A DNA stretch of 64,000 nucleotides. Origin: Octopus vulgaris. Taxonomy: Eukaryota. This document shows positions 63,720 to 64,000 of this stretch, piece by piece. Numbering within the stretch: position 1 is the first letter of the stretch; each line of letters starts with the position of its first letter. The notes under the pieces were generated by a model that worked only from the letters and a program-made list of their open reading frames with translations, searched no databases and was not told the origin of the DNA. The DNA lies in NCBI GenBank assembly GCA_951406725.2, contig OX597814.1:86676001-86740000 (forward strand), read 5' to 3'. The translations under genes and the position numbers were made by a program.

Positions 63720-64000
63720 CTGAAAATGAAACCACATTGATATTAAAATCAAATATATTGTTACATTCAACATTACTATTGCAAATTTTTAGAGAAGTTT
63801 AACACAAAAATGAAATGCCTATAATTCTATATCTAGTAAAATTGCAACACAGTTATTTAGAAATCATTAATAGAGCTTCTAAAATAAAGTAACAAAGATA
63901 TGGGTATTTGCTCTTAATTTAATTCAGTTTAATTATTACTCTTATAAAACTGTAGCAAAAAGAGTTTCTACCTAATCACTTAATTTGTTCAATCTACCAA

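Overview
AT-rich, repeat-dense eukaryotic DNA, not prokaryotic. The repeat mix (RTE-LINE tails ending in (GAT)n, tRNA-derived SINEs, mariners, Helitrons, TA/CA microsatellites) suggests an octopus or other coleoid cephalopod; this is inference. Two convergent spliced genes can be reconstructed with phase-consistent exons. The first is the 3' part of MNT (Max-network repressor, + strand, 4 exons, 33819-46937); I could not find its SID/bHLH exons, so 1-33.8 kb is probably one large intron. The second is Derlin-2 (- strand, 5 exons, 63719-55099, first exon beyond the window), which has a U12-type intron. The most unusual signals are: an orphan, consensus-perfect 90-nt U12 intron downstream of DERL2 (50633-50722); three Penelope-type minimal hammerhead-ribozyme motifs, one in the loop of a long foldback inside an MNT intron; an E-box/CRE cluster upstream of the MNT zipper exon; an in-phase alternative MNT donor; and several inverted repeats that could form dsRNA in MNT pre-mRNA. 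Exon boundaries were read base by base; repeat boundaries are approximate. No database searches were possible.
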